Assembly (NCBI GenBank): GCA_965215005.1
Contig: CBDCCZ010000001.1
Location: 1 to 64,000 of the forward strand
Source of the DNA: Kofleriaceae bacterium
GTDB taxonomy: Bacteria; Myxococcota_A; Polyangia; Haliangiales; Haliangiaceae
Direction: 5' to 3'
DNA: 64,000 bases
Each line of letters begins with the position of its first letter. The stretch's first letter is position 1. Shown piece after piece: positions 20,658 to 30,478 of the stretch. The position numbers and the translations under genes are program-made. A model generated the notes under the pieces. That model made no database searches, was not told where the DNA came from, and worked only from the letters and a program-made list of their open reading frames with translations.

Positions 20658-21428
20658 CTAGGTGCATCTCTGGCCCGTCTGCCGCCGTTCGGTGACGATT
20701 GACGCTCCGTCGTCGCAGCGATAGCTGACGATTACTTCTCCACCGCCGTTGAAGCTGCAGTCCCGCACCGTCCAGGTTGCTCCGTGGGGCCGGCTGCCGC
20801 AGCTATTCCCCGTCTCCGGCGGCGGCGGCGGCGGCGGCGGCGTAGCTTGCCAGCACTGCTCCCAGTCCGATTGCGCTCTCTGCGCCGCCGGATAGACGAC
20901 GCCTTGCGCTGCGACCACGACACTGCAGTAGGTGGCGGCAATTCCGAGGCACGTTGGATAGAGGGGCGACGGGATGCGCACACCTCCGACCTTCGCCGTG
21001 TAGGCATTTCGACAGGCTCGTTCAAGCCCGGCGCAGAACGCCTGGTTACATCCGGCGACGTTCGTGCCCAGGGTGTAGTAACACTGGTCATGCGCATTGC
21101 AGGTGGGTCGGAAATCGGCGCTGCCCCACTTGTCTCGGACCTGCTGGGGATTGTTGCTGACGCTACTGCAGCCATCAGGGGCCTGGGCGTAGGGCGGGGA
21201 TGCGGTGGGAAACCGCCCGCCGCACGTGACGTCGCCAGCGAACGGCGCAGCGGCTAGGTCGAACGCAGCCTCGTCGTCGGTGCCGTAAGCCGCACCGCCG
21301 TCGACCTCCCCGCCGTAGTCTTCTACGCCGCAGGCACTTACGAGCATCCAGACTGCCAGCATCAACAGCTGACGCTCCCAACGCGCGTGTCTCCACGTAC
21401 CCGCGTTCTTTCGCTCTCGTTTCATCAT
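20658..21428 (-). CDS. Secreted/lipoprotein phospholipase A2-like protein
   Basis: LVSAC lipobox; DGCS..FRPTCNAHDQCY (CxxHDxCY); Cys-rich; poly-Pro linker and small Cys C-terminal domain. Confidence 0.7.
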   Translation of the reverse strand: MMKRERKNAGTWRHARWERQLLMLAVWMLVSACGVEDYGGEVDGGAAYGTDDEAAFDLAAAPFAGDVTCGGRFPTASPPYAQAPDGCSSVSNNPQQVRDKWGSADFRPTCNAHDQCYYTLGTNVAGCNQAFCAGLERACRNAYTAKVGGVRIPSPLYPTCLGIAATYCSVVVAAQGVVYPAAQRAQSDWEQCWQATPPPPPPPPETGNSCGSRPHGATWTVRDCSFNGGGEVIVSYRCDDGASIVTERRQTGQRCT

Positions 21429-21732
21429 GCTTGTTCTTCTCTCGTCGACGCCAGGAGCGCGAGGGCGCCTTGGCTCGTGCTCCGCAGCAAACCGCCACGG
21501 AGGTCGATGGGGGATGGTCGGCCCTTTCCCGAGCACCGGAGGGCCCGCTTTTGCCTAGGCTAAATTCACGGCCAGCGTTGCACCCACCGCGGTGAAGCGC
21601 CGCCGCGACCACAGGGGGTCTGGTCAGCTACCAAACGCCGAACCGATGTCCTCCGGCAGTGTTCGCGCCGCGCGAGGAACATCGGGATCGCGGCGCGCGC
21701 CGGCGCAAACACCGATGCTGCAATATGCTGAG

Positions 21733-21927
21733 TCAGCCGTTGCCGAATTCGGTCCCGGACCGGTGCTCGGGCAGAGACGCGAACGACGTGTAGCCGTTGC
21801 CTACGCCCCGGTGTGCGAGCAGCGCTGTATTGCCGCCGGTGAGAGTGCCGCCGCTGGCACGCAAGAGCTGCATTGGGCTGACGGTACGCCGTGAGGCGCG
21901 AGTCGAAGTTGTCATTGTTCGTTTCAT
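21733..21927 (-). CDS. Small peptide (64 aa) with double-glycine-type leader
   Basis: GAGGA RBS; MKRTMTTSTRASRRTVSPMQLLRASGG|TLTGG.. Confidence 0.55.
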   Translation of the reverse strand: MKRTMTTSTRASRRTVSPMQLLRASGGTLTGGNTALLAHRGVGNGYTSFASLPEHRSGTEFGNG

Positions 21928-21974
21928 GGGAATTTCCTCGAGGATCAATCAGAGAGGTGGGACGCGGAGAGCCG

Positions 21975-22157
21975 CTATAGAGTCCCGACGCCAATCGCGC
22001 CAGCGAGGGCTTGGCGGCCGGCAAACCCGCTGCTGTCAGCGGACCAAGGCTCGAGCGCCAGCCAGTTTCCTGCGCTGACCGAGCTTCCGCCGGTGGCGTG
22101 CGCAAGGTGCTTCTCGAGATCGCGTGGCGACCGCTTCGTACGCTTTTTAGAAGTCAT
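21975..22157 (-). CDS. Small peptide (60 aa) with double-glycine-type leader
   Basis: MTSKKRTKRSPRDLEKHLAHATGG|SSVSAGNW..; directly behind a sigma54 motif. Confidence 0.5.
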   Translation of the reverse strand: MTSKKRTKRSPRDLEKHLAHATGGSSVSAGNWLALEPWSADSSGFAGRQALAGAIGVGTL

Positions 22158-22170
22158 GCCACGGGCCATT

Positions 22171-22186
22171 TGCAAGGGCTCGGCCA
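22171..22186 (-). promoter_or_regulatory. sigma54 (-24/-12) promoter
   Basis: TGGCCGAGCCCTTGCA (GG-N10-GC). Confidence 0.6.
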
Positions 22187-22433
22187 CGGCCGTGCGCCGT
22201 GCATTCGCGCCGCTGCGGAGAATGCACGGCAGCGGCGTTTCCTCGAGCCAACTGGGCGTTGCCTCGAAGCAACACCGCGTCCCGCGAGAGTGCGCGCGCG
22301 ATGCGACGTCCAGTGCTGTGTTGGCCCCAATGCTCGGCACGACAGCGCGCGAAATGGCGGGGCCGGTGAAGGGCCACTAGAAGATATCGTTCAGACCGTT
22401 GACGGATGGCCTATCAGCGCGCAAGACCACCGA

Positions 22434-23648
22434 ATGACCTTCTTCGAGCTTTGGCATACCTCGGCGACAACCACCCTTGGCCTGTTTTGGATGGCCTTTT
22501 GGGCATTCGGCCTTGGCTATCTCATCTCGAGCATGATCCAAGTGTTCGTCACCCGCGAGCGCATGCGCAAGACGATGGGCGAGACCGGGCCGAAGAGCGT
22601 CGCTCTAGGGACCTTCTTCGGCTTCATCTCGAGCTCATGCTCGTTCGCCGCGCTGGCCACGACCCGCTCGCTGTTCACGAAAGGCGCCGGGCTCATCCCG
22701 TCGCTCGCGTTTCTCCTCGCATCGACCAACCTCGTAGTCGAGCTCGGCATCGTCATCGCCGTCTTTTTGAGTTGGCAGTTCGTCGTAGGCGAGTACGTGG
22801 GCGGCGTTTTGCTCATTCTGCTGATGTGGATCGTCGTACGCGTGACGTTTCCAAAGAGCTTGGTCGACACGGCTCGAGAGAACGCGCGTGAGGAGGAAGA
22901 CAGCGACGACGGCGAGGATCCTCCCGACTGGAAGCAGCTCATCACGAGCCGCGAGGGATGGAGAAAGGTCGCGCAGCGCTACGTGATGGAGTGGAAGATG
23001 GTGTGGAAGGACGTGACAGTCGGTTTCACGGTGGCGGGGGCTATCGCCGCGTTCGTACCGAAGTCATTTTTTCAGACCCTCTTCGTGGGGTCAGGCGGTG
23101 AAGATCCCGCATTCTGGGAGGTCGGCATTCAAACCTTGGTCGGCCCGGTCGCCGCGTTCTTTACGTTCATTGGCTCGATGGGCAACATCCCACTGGCAGC
23201 TGTGCTGTTTGGAAACGGCGTGAGCTTCGCGGGAATCATGGCGTTCATCTTTAGCGACCTCGTCGTCTTTCCGGTGCTCCGAATCCAGGCGAAATACTAC
23301 GGCTGGAAGATGGCGCTCTACATCCTTTGCGTATTTCTCACGGTGCTGGTCGCAGCCGCGTTGATCATGCACTACGGCTTCGCGGTCACTGGCATGCTGC
23401 CCGATGCGAGTGCTGCCAAGAGTGTCACCGAACGCCAGTTCTTTAAGGTGGACTACACGCTGTTCCTCAACCTCGCGTTCGCCGCCGTGAGCCTGGGATT
23501 TCTCGCCTGGAAAGCCGCCACCTCCGGCCTGAAGATGTCCCGAAGCGATCAGTTCAGCGAACGCATTATGTTCTGGCTTGCGATGGCAGCCTTTGTCTGG
23601 CTCGGAGGCGGGGTGATCGTAGGATGGGCGGTCTCTGGTGCCGCGTAG
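22434..23648 (+). CDS. Predicted permease (ArsP/DUF318-like)
   Basis: Multi-TM; SSSCSFAA, AFLLASTNLVVELG, FIGSMGNIPLA; start set at ATG 22434. Confidence 0.85.
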   Translation: MTFFELWHTSATTTLGLFWMAFWAFGLGYLISSMIQVFVTRERMRKTMGETGPKSVALGTFFGFISSSCSFAALATTRSLFTKGAGLIPSLAFLLASTNLVVELGIVIAVFLSWQFVVGEYVGGVLLILLMWIVVRVTFPKSLVDTARENAREEEDSDDGEDPPDWKQLITSREGWRKVAQRYVMEWKMVWKDVTVGFTVAGAIAAFVPKSFFQTLFVGSGGEDPAFWEVGIQTLVGPVAAFFTFIGSMGNIPLAAVLFGNGVSFAGIMAFIFSDLVVFPVLRIQAKYYGWKMALYILCVFLTVLVAAALIMHYGFAVTGMLPDASAAKSVTERQFFKVDYTLFLNLAFAAVSLGFLAWKAATSGLKMSRSDQFSERIMFWLAMAAFVWLGGGVIVGWAVSGAA

Positions 23649-23697
23649 TCTCACCGAGCATACAAACGGCGCTTTGGGGGCAATCGCCCCGAAACTG

Positions 23698-23725
23698 TCA
23701 CGTGCCACCGGCGGGTGGCACGTGA
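23698..23725. terminator. Hairpin between convergent genes
   Basis: Perfect 12-bp stem TCACGTGCCACC/GGTGGCACGTGA with 4-nt loop; no U-tract. Confidence 0.55.
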
Positions 23726-23757
23726 ATGCGCGATAAATTGACAGGTTGTTGCGGGAA

Positions 23758-25446
23758 CTACTCAGCGGCCCAAACGGCGCCAAAGGCGGCCGCAGAGCCT
23801 AATAGCGGCTCGAACGTGTTTGCCCACTGCTCCGGGCTATATGCATTGGCGATTCCCGGGAAGCTGGCGGCCAAGCTGGCGGCATCGGGGGTGACGTCGG
23901 CAAAGGCAGCGTCTTCGAAGGCGCGGCGGGTGGGGTCGGGAATGCCGCGTGCGAGCACGGTGCCGACGAGGAAGCGGAAGCGAACGCCAACATCGCTGTG
24001 AGGAGCAAGGAGCCAGTGCGGGGCGCCTTCAAACGAGGCATCGGTGAGCTCATGCTTGGGATAGGCGATGTAATCGGGCAGGCCGTCGGAGGTGGTAACT
24101 GGCAGTCCTTGCAGGCCGGCTTGCGCCAAATCGTGCGCCATGTAGCCTTTGATGACCAAGCCGCTGGCGTCGGTGATGAGATACATCGCCCAGTTGCTGT
24201 CGCGAAAGGCGGGCGCCCCTTCCCATGAATCATCGGTTTCCACGCCCCACGTAGCGGTCGCGGTCACCAGCTCGACGCCTGCGTCGGTCGGCAGTGGGTT
24301 CCACGACGAGGCCTCGCGCCTGGCGTAGGTGAGAATGGCCTCTGCGGTGGCATCGGTGACGGGCTCGGTGGCGACGCGAGCGGCGACGATGGGCTGGTTC
24401 CAAATCTGGCTGCTATAGCCACCAGTCGAGTTGTGCGAGTCGTTCCAGATGTCGACGCGCAGGCCGCGACCACTGGACAACACGTGTTGCGCGAGCGCCT
24501 TAACCAGCGAATCGGGCTTGACGAATGAATCGATGGTGACTGCGTCGGCGATGCCCAGGCTGAGCGAGGCGCCCATCATGGCGTTGCCGAGATCGGCGCG
24601 GCTGATCCATTGGCCAAAAATCCAGATGCCGCGCTGCCCTTGCGGCCCCGGCGCGTCGACCAGGTAGCTCAGCCGGTCATCGAGAGCGTTGTGCGTCCAA
24701 CCCTGGCAGATGCCCGCCCAGAACGGGGTGTCCGAGCTCGGGTCGTAGTGGGCCGAGTTGCGAGCAGTAGCGGCAAAGGTCGAGAACTGCGAGAGCTCGA
24801 GGCCGGCGATGACGGCAGCGGTGTCGAGCGCTGCGTCTGGGCCTTGGGTGCGCAGCACCTCGGATTCGGCGGCGGTGGTGGTGGTGAGGTACCGCGGCGC
24901 TGGCGAGCCATGACGCTTGAACAACACACCGTCGCGCTTGGCGGCGTAGCCGCGGCTGTGACTAACGAGGCCGGTCGACGCTTCGACGGCGCCATAGCCT
25001 TTGATGTAGAGCGCATCGTCGTTCAAGAAATCGCTCGAGCCGAGCTCGAGGCGATAGACGTCATTATCGAGCGGCACGTCGCCGGGACGGGCGCCGCTGA
25101 TGGCGCGGGATAGCACCTCGGCGGCGTCGGCGGACAGAGCGCTGTCGGTCTCGAGCAGCTGCTGCAGGTAACCGCTGATGCGCTGGTTTTGTCCCTGGTA
25201 ACGGCGCGTGAATGCGCCCAAGGCGTCGGCTTCGGTGGCATCGATGGTGCCGTCGCGGCGGGCATCGACGGTCAGGCGCAGCACTGCGCCTTCGCCGGGA
25301 ACGCTGCTGTCGAGGGCGGCGTCGGCGTCGAGGGTACCGAGGTCGCACTTGCCCTCGCAGGCGACGGGGGCGAAATCGTCGCTCTGGGCGGCGCAGCCGG
25401 TGAGCGACAGGGGAATCAGGAGAGCAAGGAGGCTAAGGCGATGCAT
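23758..25446 (-). CDS. Lipoprotein with transglutaminase-elicitor-like domain
   Basis: LTGC lipobox, CEGKCD, WAGICQGW and IWNQPI motifs. Confidence 0.65.
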   Translation of the reverse strand: MHRLSLLALLIPLSLTGCAAQSDDFAPVACEGKCDLGTLDADAALDSSVPGEGAVLRLTVDARRDGTIDATEADALGAFTRRYQGQNQRISGYLQQLLETDSALSADAAEVLSRAISGARPGDVPLDNDVYRLELGSSDFLNDDALYIKGYGAVEASTGLVSHSRGYAAKRDGVLFKRHGSPAPRYLTTTTAAESEVLRTQGPDAALDTAAVIAGLELSQFSTFAATARNSAHYDPSSDTPFWAGICQGWTHNALDDRLSYLVDAPGPQGQRGIWIFGQWISRADLGNAMMGASLSLGIADAVTIDSFVKPDSLVKALAQHVLSSGRGLRVDIWNDSHNSTGGYSSQIWNQPIVAARVATEPVTDATAEAILTYARREASSWNPLPTDAGVELVTATATWGVETDDSWEGAPAFRDSNWAMYLITDASGLVIKGYMAHDLAQAGLQGLPVTTSDGLPDYIAYPKHELTDASFEGAPHWLLAPHSDVGVRFRFLVGTVLARGIPDPTRRAFEDAAFADVTPDAASLAASFPGIANAYSPEQWANTFEPLLGSAAAFGAVWAAE

Positions 25447-25476
25447 GTTCGGTCCTTTCGAGTTGAAGGGCCCTAA

Positions 25477-25492
25477 CGCAAGCCTGATGCCA
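25477..25492 (-). promoter_or_regulatory. sigma54 (-24/-12) promoter
   Basis: TGGCATCAGGCTTGCG, followed by AAGGA RBS and ATG 25446. Confidence 0.65.
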
Positions 25493-25638
25493 TAGATTAT
25501 CGCATCAAATTCTGCGAAAGACCGCAGTAACCGAATGGCGACCGGAGCTGCCAGATGGCTGCACGAGCCGCCACGAGACCTCTCTATGCCGCGGCCGCCG
25601 AGCCTTGGTTACGCGACAGTGGGGGCTGATAGCCGCAA

Positions 25639-28074
25639 TCAGAGTGCGATACGGCGCAGGCGCAGGGCGTTGGCGATAACCGAGACCGAGCTGAGGCTCA
25701 TGGCCGCCGCGGCGAGCATGGGGCTGAGTAGCAGTCCCGTGAGCGGATAGAGCACGCCAGCGGCAATGGGAATTCCCGCGGCGTTGTAGATGAACGCAAA
25801 GAAGAGGTTCTGGCGGATGTTGCGCATGGTCGCGCGGGACAGTCGGCGGGCGCGGACGATGGCGCCGAGGTCGCCGCGAATTAATGTGACGCCGGCGCTT
25901 TGCATGGCAACGTCGGTGCCGGTGCCCATGGCAATGCCGACGTCGGCGCGGGCCAACGCCGGAGCGTCATTGACACCGTCTCCGGCCATGGCGACTCGCT
26001 TGCCTTCGCGCTGCAGCGCAGCCACCAGCTCCGCCTTCTCTGCCGGTAGCACGCCGGCAAGCACCTGGTCGATGCCGAGCTCGGAGGCGACGGCGCGCGC
26101 CGTGGTTTCGCTATCGCCGGTGAGCATGATGATGCGAACGCCGTCGTCGTGGAGCGCCTGCAGCGCCGCGGGCGTGGTTTCTTTGATCGGATCCGCGACC
26201 GCGAGCAAACCGGCGAGGGCACCTTCGACGGCGACGTACATAACCGTATGGCCGCGAGCGCGCAGGCCTTCGGCGGCGGCGGCGAGCTCGGCTTCTTGAG
26301 CCGGAGCGCCGATGAGCTGGGCGTTGCCGAGGGCGACGCCGCGGCCGTCGACGGTGCCGCGCACGCCCTTGCCGGTGATCGAGACGAAGTCGGTTACCGC
26401 GGCATCCGCAATCACGCCGCGCTGCTTGGCGCCAGCGATGATGGCGCCGGCGAGCGGGTGTTCGCTGGCCATCTCCAGAGATGCCGCCAGTCGCAGCAAC
26501 TCGGCCTCTGCGAGGTCGCAAGAGCGCACGACCACGAGCTCGGGTTTGCCTTTGGTGAGGGTGCCGGTCTTGTCGACCACCAAGGTATCGACATCGCGCA
26601 ACAGCTCGATCGCTTCGGCGTTGCGAAACAACACCCCGGCGCGCGCACCTTTGCCGGCCGCGACCATCACCGACATGGGTGTGGCCAGCCCGAGTGCGCA
26701 CGGGCAGGCGATGATGAGCACCGCAATGGCGTTGACCAGCGCAAAGGCCATGGCCGGCTCCGGTCCGATGATTGCCCAGACGACGAAGGTAATCAAAGAG
26801 ATGCCGACCACCGCGGGCACGAAGTATCCCGCCACGCGATCGGTGAGCCGCTGAATCGGTGCGCGACTGCGCTGCGCTTCGGCGACGAGAGCAACGATCC
26901 GCGCCAGCAGCGTGTCAGCGCCGACTTTCTCGGCGCGCATGACGAAGCTGCCGCGGCCGTTGATGGTACCGCCGACCACCGGATCGCCCGGGCCCTTCTC
27001 GACCGCTATCGGCTCGCCGCTGACCATCGACTCGTCGATGGCGCTGGTTCCCTCGTGGATCCGGCCATCGACGGGGACGGTTTCGCCCGGACGAACCCGC
27101 AGCCAATCGCCTGGCCTCACTCGGTCGATGGGCACGTCGCGCTCATCGCCCGGAGCTACGTCTGGCTTCTGGCTCTCGTCGTGAGCGACGAGCCGCGCGG
27201 TGCGAGGAGTTAGCTCGAGAAGCTCGCGCAGCGCGGCGCCGGTGCGACCGCGCGCTCCAAGCTCGAGGAGCTGACCGAGCAACACCAGGGCGACGATGAC
27301 CGCCGCCGATTCGTAGTAAACGCCGACGTGACCGGCATGGCTGCGGAACGAGTCGGGGAAGATGCCGGGCGCGATCGTCGCAATGACGCTGTAGACGTAC
27401 GCTACGCCCACCCCAATGCCGATGAGGGTGAACATGTTGGGACTGCGGTGGCGAAGCGATTGCACCGCGCGCACGAAGAACGGCCACGCCGCATACAGCA
27501 CCACCGGCGTAGCCAGCGCCAGCTGCAGCCAAATCATCGCAGCTTCGCTCACGCGGCCGGCGAGCGGGTTGCCCGGCAGCATGTGGCCCATGGCGAGCAA
27601 GAGCAGCGGAATCGTGAACGCGGCGGCGATCCACAGTCGGCGGCGCAGGTCGACGAGCTCTGGGTTTTCGGGCGCCTGCAGGGTGATGGCGCGCGGCTCC
27701 AGCGCCATACCGCAGCTTGGACAATCGCCCGGCTCTTGGCGCAGCACCTCGGGGTGCATCGGGCAGGTCCATTCGGTGCGGTTTGGCAGCGCCGCGGGGA
27801 CTTCGGGCTCGAGTGCCATGCCGCACTTGGGGCAAGCGCTGGGGCCGCGGCTCTCGACGCCAGGACACATCGGACACACGTAGCGAGCGCCGGGGACGGC
27901 GGGCGGCGGTTCTGCCGGCTCGAGAAACGCCATTGGCTCGGCCGCGAACCGCTCGCTGCAGCGCGCACTGCAGAACCCATAGGTGAGGCCGTCATGAGTG
28001 TGGCGATGCGGGCTGCTCGGGCGCACGTGCATGCCGCACACCGGGTCTATGGGGGCCAACAGAGGCGGTTGCAT
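25639..28074 (-). CDS. copA: Copper-translocating P1B-type ATPase with YHS and CPMHP metal-binding domains
   Basis: DPVCGM, CPMHP, SGEP, CPC, DKTGT, HP, GDGVND, YN, MSLSS. Confidence 0.93.
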   Translation of the reverse strand: MQPPLLAPIDPVCGMHVRPSSPHRHTHDGLTYGFCSARCSERFAAEPMAFLEPAEPPPAVPGARYVCPMCPGVESRGPSACPKCGMALEPEVPAALPNRTEWTCPMHPEVLRQEPGDCPSCGMALEPRAITLQAPENPELVDLRRRLWIAAAFTIPLLLLAMGHMLPGNPLAGRVSEAAMIWLQLALATPVVLYAAWPFFVRAVQSLRHRSPNMFTLIGIGVGVAYVYSVIATIAPGIFPDSFRSHAGHVGVYYESAAVIVALVLLGQLLELGARGRTGAALRELLELTPRTARLVAHDESQKPDVAPGDERDVPIDRVRPGDWLRVRPGETVPVDGRIHEGTSAIDESMVSGEPIAVEKGPGDPVVGGTINGRGSFVMRAEKVGADTLLARIVALVAEAQRSRAPIQRLTDRVAGYFVPAVVGISLITFVVWAIIGPEPAMAFALVNAIAVLIIACPCALGLATPMSVMVAAGKGARAGVLFRNAEAIELLRDVDTLVVDKTGTLTKGKPELVVVRSCDLAEAELLRLAASLEMASEHPLAGAIIAGAKQRGVIADAAVTDFVSITGKGVRGTVDGRGVALGNAQLIGAPAQEAELAAAAEGLRARGHTVMYVAVEGALAGLLAVADPIKETTPAALQALHDDGVRIIMLTGDSETTARAVASELGIDQVLAGVLPAEKAELVAALQREGKRVAMAGDGVNDAPALARADVGIAMGTGTDVAMQSAGVTLIRGDLGAIVRARRLSRATMRNIRQNLFFAFIYNAAGIPIAAGVLYPLTGLLLSPMLAAAAMSLSSVSVIANALRLRRIAL

Positions 28075-28076
28075 GA

Positions 28077-29288
28077 TCAAATCTCTTCGTCGACGTAGGC
28101 GGTGTGGCGAAAGTAGTGCTCGTCCTCGAAGGAAATGCCGAGGGCGCCGATGACGATGCCGAGCGAGGCCACGAACGCAGCGACCGAGGCGTTGCGGGCG
28201 GCAGCGCTGGCGTCATTGCCGACCCAGCCGGCGACCACGGCATCGGGGAACACGAGCGTGCTGATGAGCCAACACAGCGTGAACACTCCGCAGTAGGTGG
28301 TGAGCATGCCGAGCGCGACGATGAGCGTGAGCGATACGTTGGTGACGACCGCCTGTTCGGTGAGCCGGTTGTGTTGCCGGGCGAGGAGCCGTTGCTTCTT
28401 CACCACGTACCAGGTGGTGCCAAATAGCGTTCCTAATGACAACGAGATCAAAGTGACCAGTTCTTCGCCCGCGGCAACCTCCCAAACCTCGGCGGTGTTG
28501 ACTAGCACCAGCAACGCCGATAATGCGCCGGCGGTGAGGCGACTGAGGCGAAACGGCAGCTGCCAAGCACCTGCGCGAATGATGGCGTCCCAGATGGCGA
28601 CGCGATTGATCCACATTGCGCTGAGGTAGAACGGAACCCGTGCGCGCGGCGATTCTTCTTCGAGGCGGATATCGGCGATCTGCTGCAGCTCCTCGATCCA
28701 CGCCGCGCGTTGCTCATCGGCTAGCGGCGGAAGGTGGCTCGGCTTGCGCAAATCCTCCAGCGGCTCGGCGGTCGACTCGACCTCGGCGCCGCAGAGCGAG
28801 CCGAGAAGCTGCCGAGCGAGTGCGGTTAATCGGGTTGCGATGACGCGGCTGCGCTGCTCGTCATCCTCATCGAGACCTTGGGCGAGCGGGTCGATGCGGG
28901 CAGTGCTCAAGATGCCAACGCCAAGCGACCGGGACGGCGCAGCCACCATGAAGGGCTTGTGATGAGCGATGAGATCGGCGCCGGTGACGACCAAGACGAA
29001 GTCCCAATGGCGGGCATCGCGCTCGTCGAGCCCGATCTGCAGGAGCTCCACCGGCTCTTCGCGGATGGGTCGGGGCAAGTCGATGCGCTCGATGAGCGGC
29101 ATGCGCCAGTCGAACATCGGCAGCTCGGCCCGCATGCTATCGAGGAAGTCGGATCGTGCTTGATGAACGGCGCCGCGGTCGACGGTATCGAGTCGACCGA
29201 CGACGATCCAACCGAGCTCGAGGACGTTGACCGGCGAGCCGGGGAGGGCATCGGCCGAGGTCGCGAGGATTTCGCTGGCGCGGGTCAC
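28077..29288 (-). CDS. Hypothetical membrane protein (soluble N-terminus, about 4 C-terminal TM helices)
   Basis: 403-aa ORF with host codon bias, abutting copA. Confidence 0.75.
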   Translation of the reverse strand: MTRASEILATSADALPGSPVNVLELGWIVVGRLDTVDRGAVHQARSDFLDSMRAELPMFDWRMPLIERIDLPRPIREEPVELLQIGLDERDARHWDFVLVVTGADLIAHHKPFMVAAPSRSLGVGILSTARIDPLAQGLDEDDEQRSRVIATRLTALARQLLGSLCGAEVESTAEPLEDLRKPSHLPPLADEQRAAWIEELQQIADIRLEEESPRARVPFYLSAMWINRVAIWDAIIRAGAWQLPFRLSRLTAGALSALLVLVNTAEVWEVAAGEELVTLISLSLGTLFGTTWYVVKKQRLLARQHNRLTEQAVVTNVSLTLIVALGMLTTYCGVFTLCWLISTLVFPDAVVAGWVGNDASAAARNASVAAFVASLGIVIGALGISFEDEHYFRHTAYVDEEI

Positions 29289-29387
29289 GACTTCTTCATA
29301 GCGTGCCGCGCCGGCGTTTGCCCCGCAGGGGCGTAGGAAGTTGAGCGCTGGCGCGATCGCAGCGCCGCGAGCTCGCGCGTTGCCTGC

Positions 29388-30386
29388 TCAAGGAGTTGGT
29401 GCTGGCTTCGGATGAGCCGCGAGCCAGCTCCACAGCTCCGAGACGAACGAGTCCGACAGCCTCGGGATATGCGCGCCGTTTTCGATGGTCCAAAGCTCGA
29501 CGTCGATGCCCATTGGGCAGCCGGTTGCGCGCGCAATGGTGGTTTCGTCGCCGGGCAGGTTTCGATCGATATCGACACGCTCGGCAGTCGCTCGCGGGGC
29601 CGTAGCGCAGCCGTTGTGGCTAGTAGCCCACGCAGCAGCGGTTTCGGGGGCTGACGGATATGGACACGGCGCTCCATCGCAGACGGCGTCGTAGCGGACG
29701 GTAGCGTCAGCGGTGCCGTGCAGCTGGAGAACGCTCACCGGCGTGGTGGGCGTGCAGCGCGCGGCGTTGCGATAGGTCGCGCCCGCCAAGCTGACGATGG
29801 CGGCAAGGTGTTCCGAGCTGTCGCATGCAAGGCGATAGCTCATGAAGCCGCCGTTGGAGTGGCCGAATAGATAGATACGTGCGGGATCGACGTTCCATTC
29901 GGCGGAGATATCGGCGATGAGCTGGTTGAGGTAGGCGACGTCATCGACGCCGCTGTTTTCGAAGTCGCAGCAGGCGTCGGTGGCGTTCCAAAAGCGCGAC
30001 CCGCGGCTGTCGATGGTGCCGTCGGGCGCGGCGTAGAGAATGCCCTCGGTTTCGACGAGTCGGTCGAGGCCGGTGTATTGAGTTTGCCCGGCGCCGCTGG
30101 CGCTGTAGCCGTGCAACACGATGAGCAGCGGCGTGGCAGTGGCGTGGTCGTAGCTCGAAGGCACCTGCAGGGTGACCGGGCGCGCGCCGCCAAATTGCGT
30201 CTGCGTGGGCGGATCGGCGGGAACACCCGCGTCTGCGCCTTGCTCCTGCGCGTCGCTCGGTTGCTCCTGCGCATCACCTCGTTGCGCTGCATCCTCCGGG
30301 GGGCTGCCGGCATCGGCGAGGGACGCGCCGGGGGTGTTGCCGCAGGCGGTGGTGGCAAGAACAAGGATGATTAGCATGCGCATCAT
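29388..30386 (-). CDS. Lipoprotein alpha/beta hydrolase (PHB-depolymerase/LpqC-like esterase)
   Basis: TTAC lipobox, LHGY, GHSNG nucleophile elbow, HGTAD, GAH. Confidence 0.88.
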   Translation of the reverse strand: MMRMLIILVLATTACGNTPGASLADAGSPPEDAAQRGDAQEQPSDAQEQGADAGVPADPPTQTQFGGARPVTLQVPSSYDHATATPLLIVLHGYSASGAGQTQYTGLDRLVETEGILYAAPDGTIDSRGSRFWNATDACCDFENSGVDDVAYLNQLIADISAEWNVDPARIYLFGHSNGGFMSYRLACDSSEHLAAIVSLAGATYRNAARCTPTTPVSVLQLHGTADATVRYDAVCDGAPCPYPSAPETAAAWATSHNGCATAPRATAERVDIDRNLPGDETTIARATGCPMGIDVELWTIENGAHIPRLSDSFVSELWSWLAAHPKPAPTP

Positions 30387-30478
30387 CGGTAGCTTTCAGT
30401 ATGACCGGCTAGCGGCAATGCACCGCAACTGACCGTTGTTGACAGAAATCTGGCCTTGAGAAGTCGAGCTGGCGGCAT

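Noticed and set aside
23716..23730. sigma54-like TGGCACGTGAATGC
   Set aside because: GG-GC spacing is 9, not 10, and it lies in a hairpin between convergent genes
25639..28074. CopA as a dedicated (RAN1-like) copper supplier for the ethylene receptor
   Set aside because: About 23 kb away with unrelated genes between; it looks like an ordinary copper efflux ATPase
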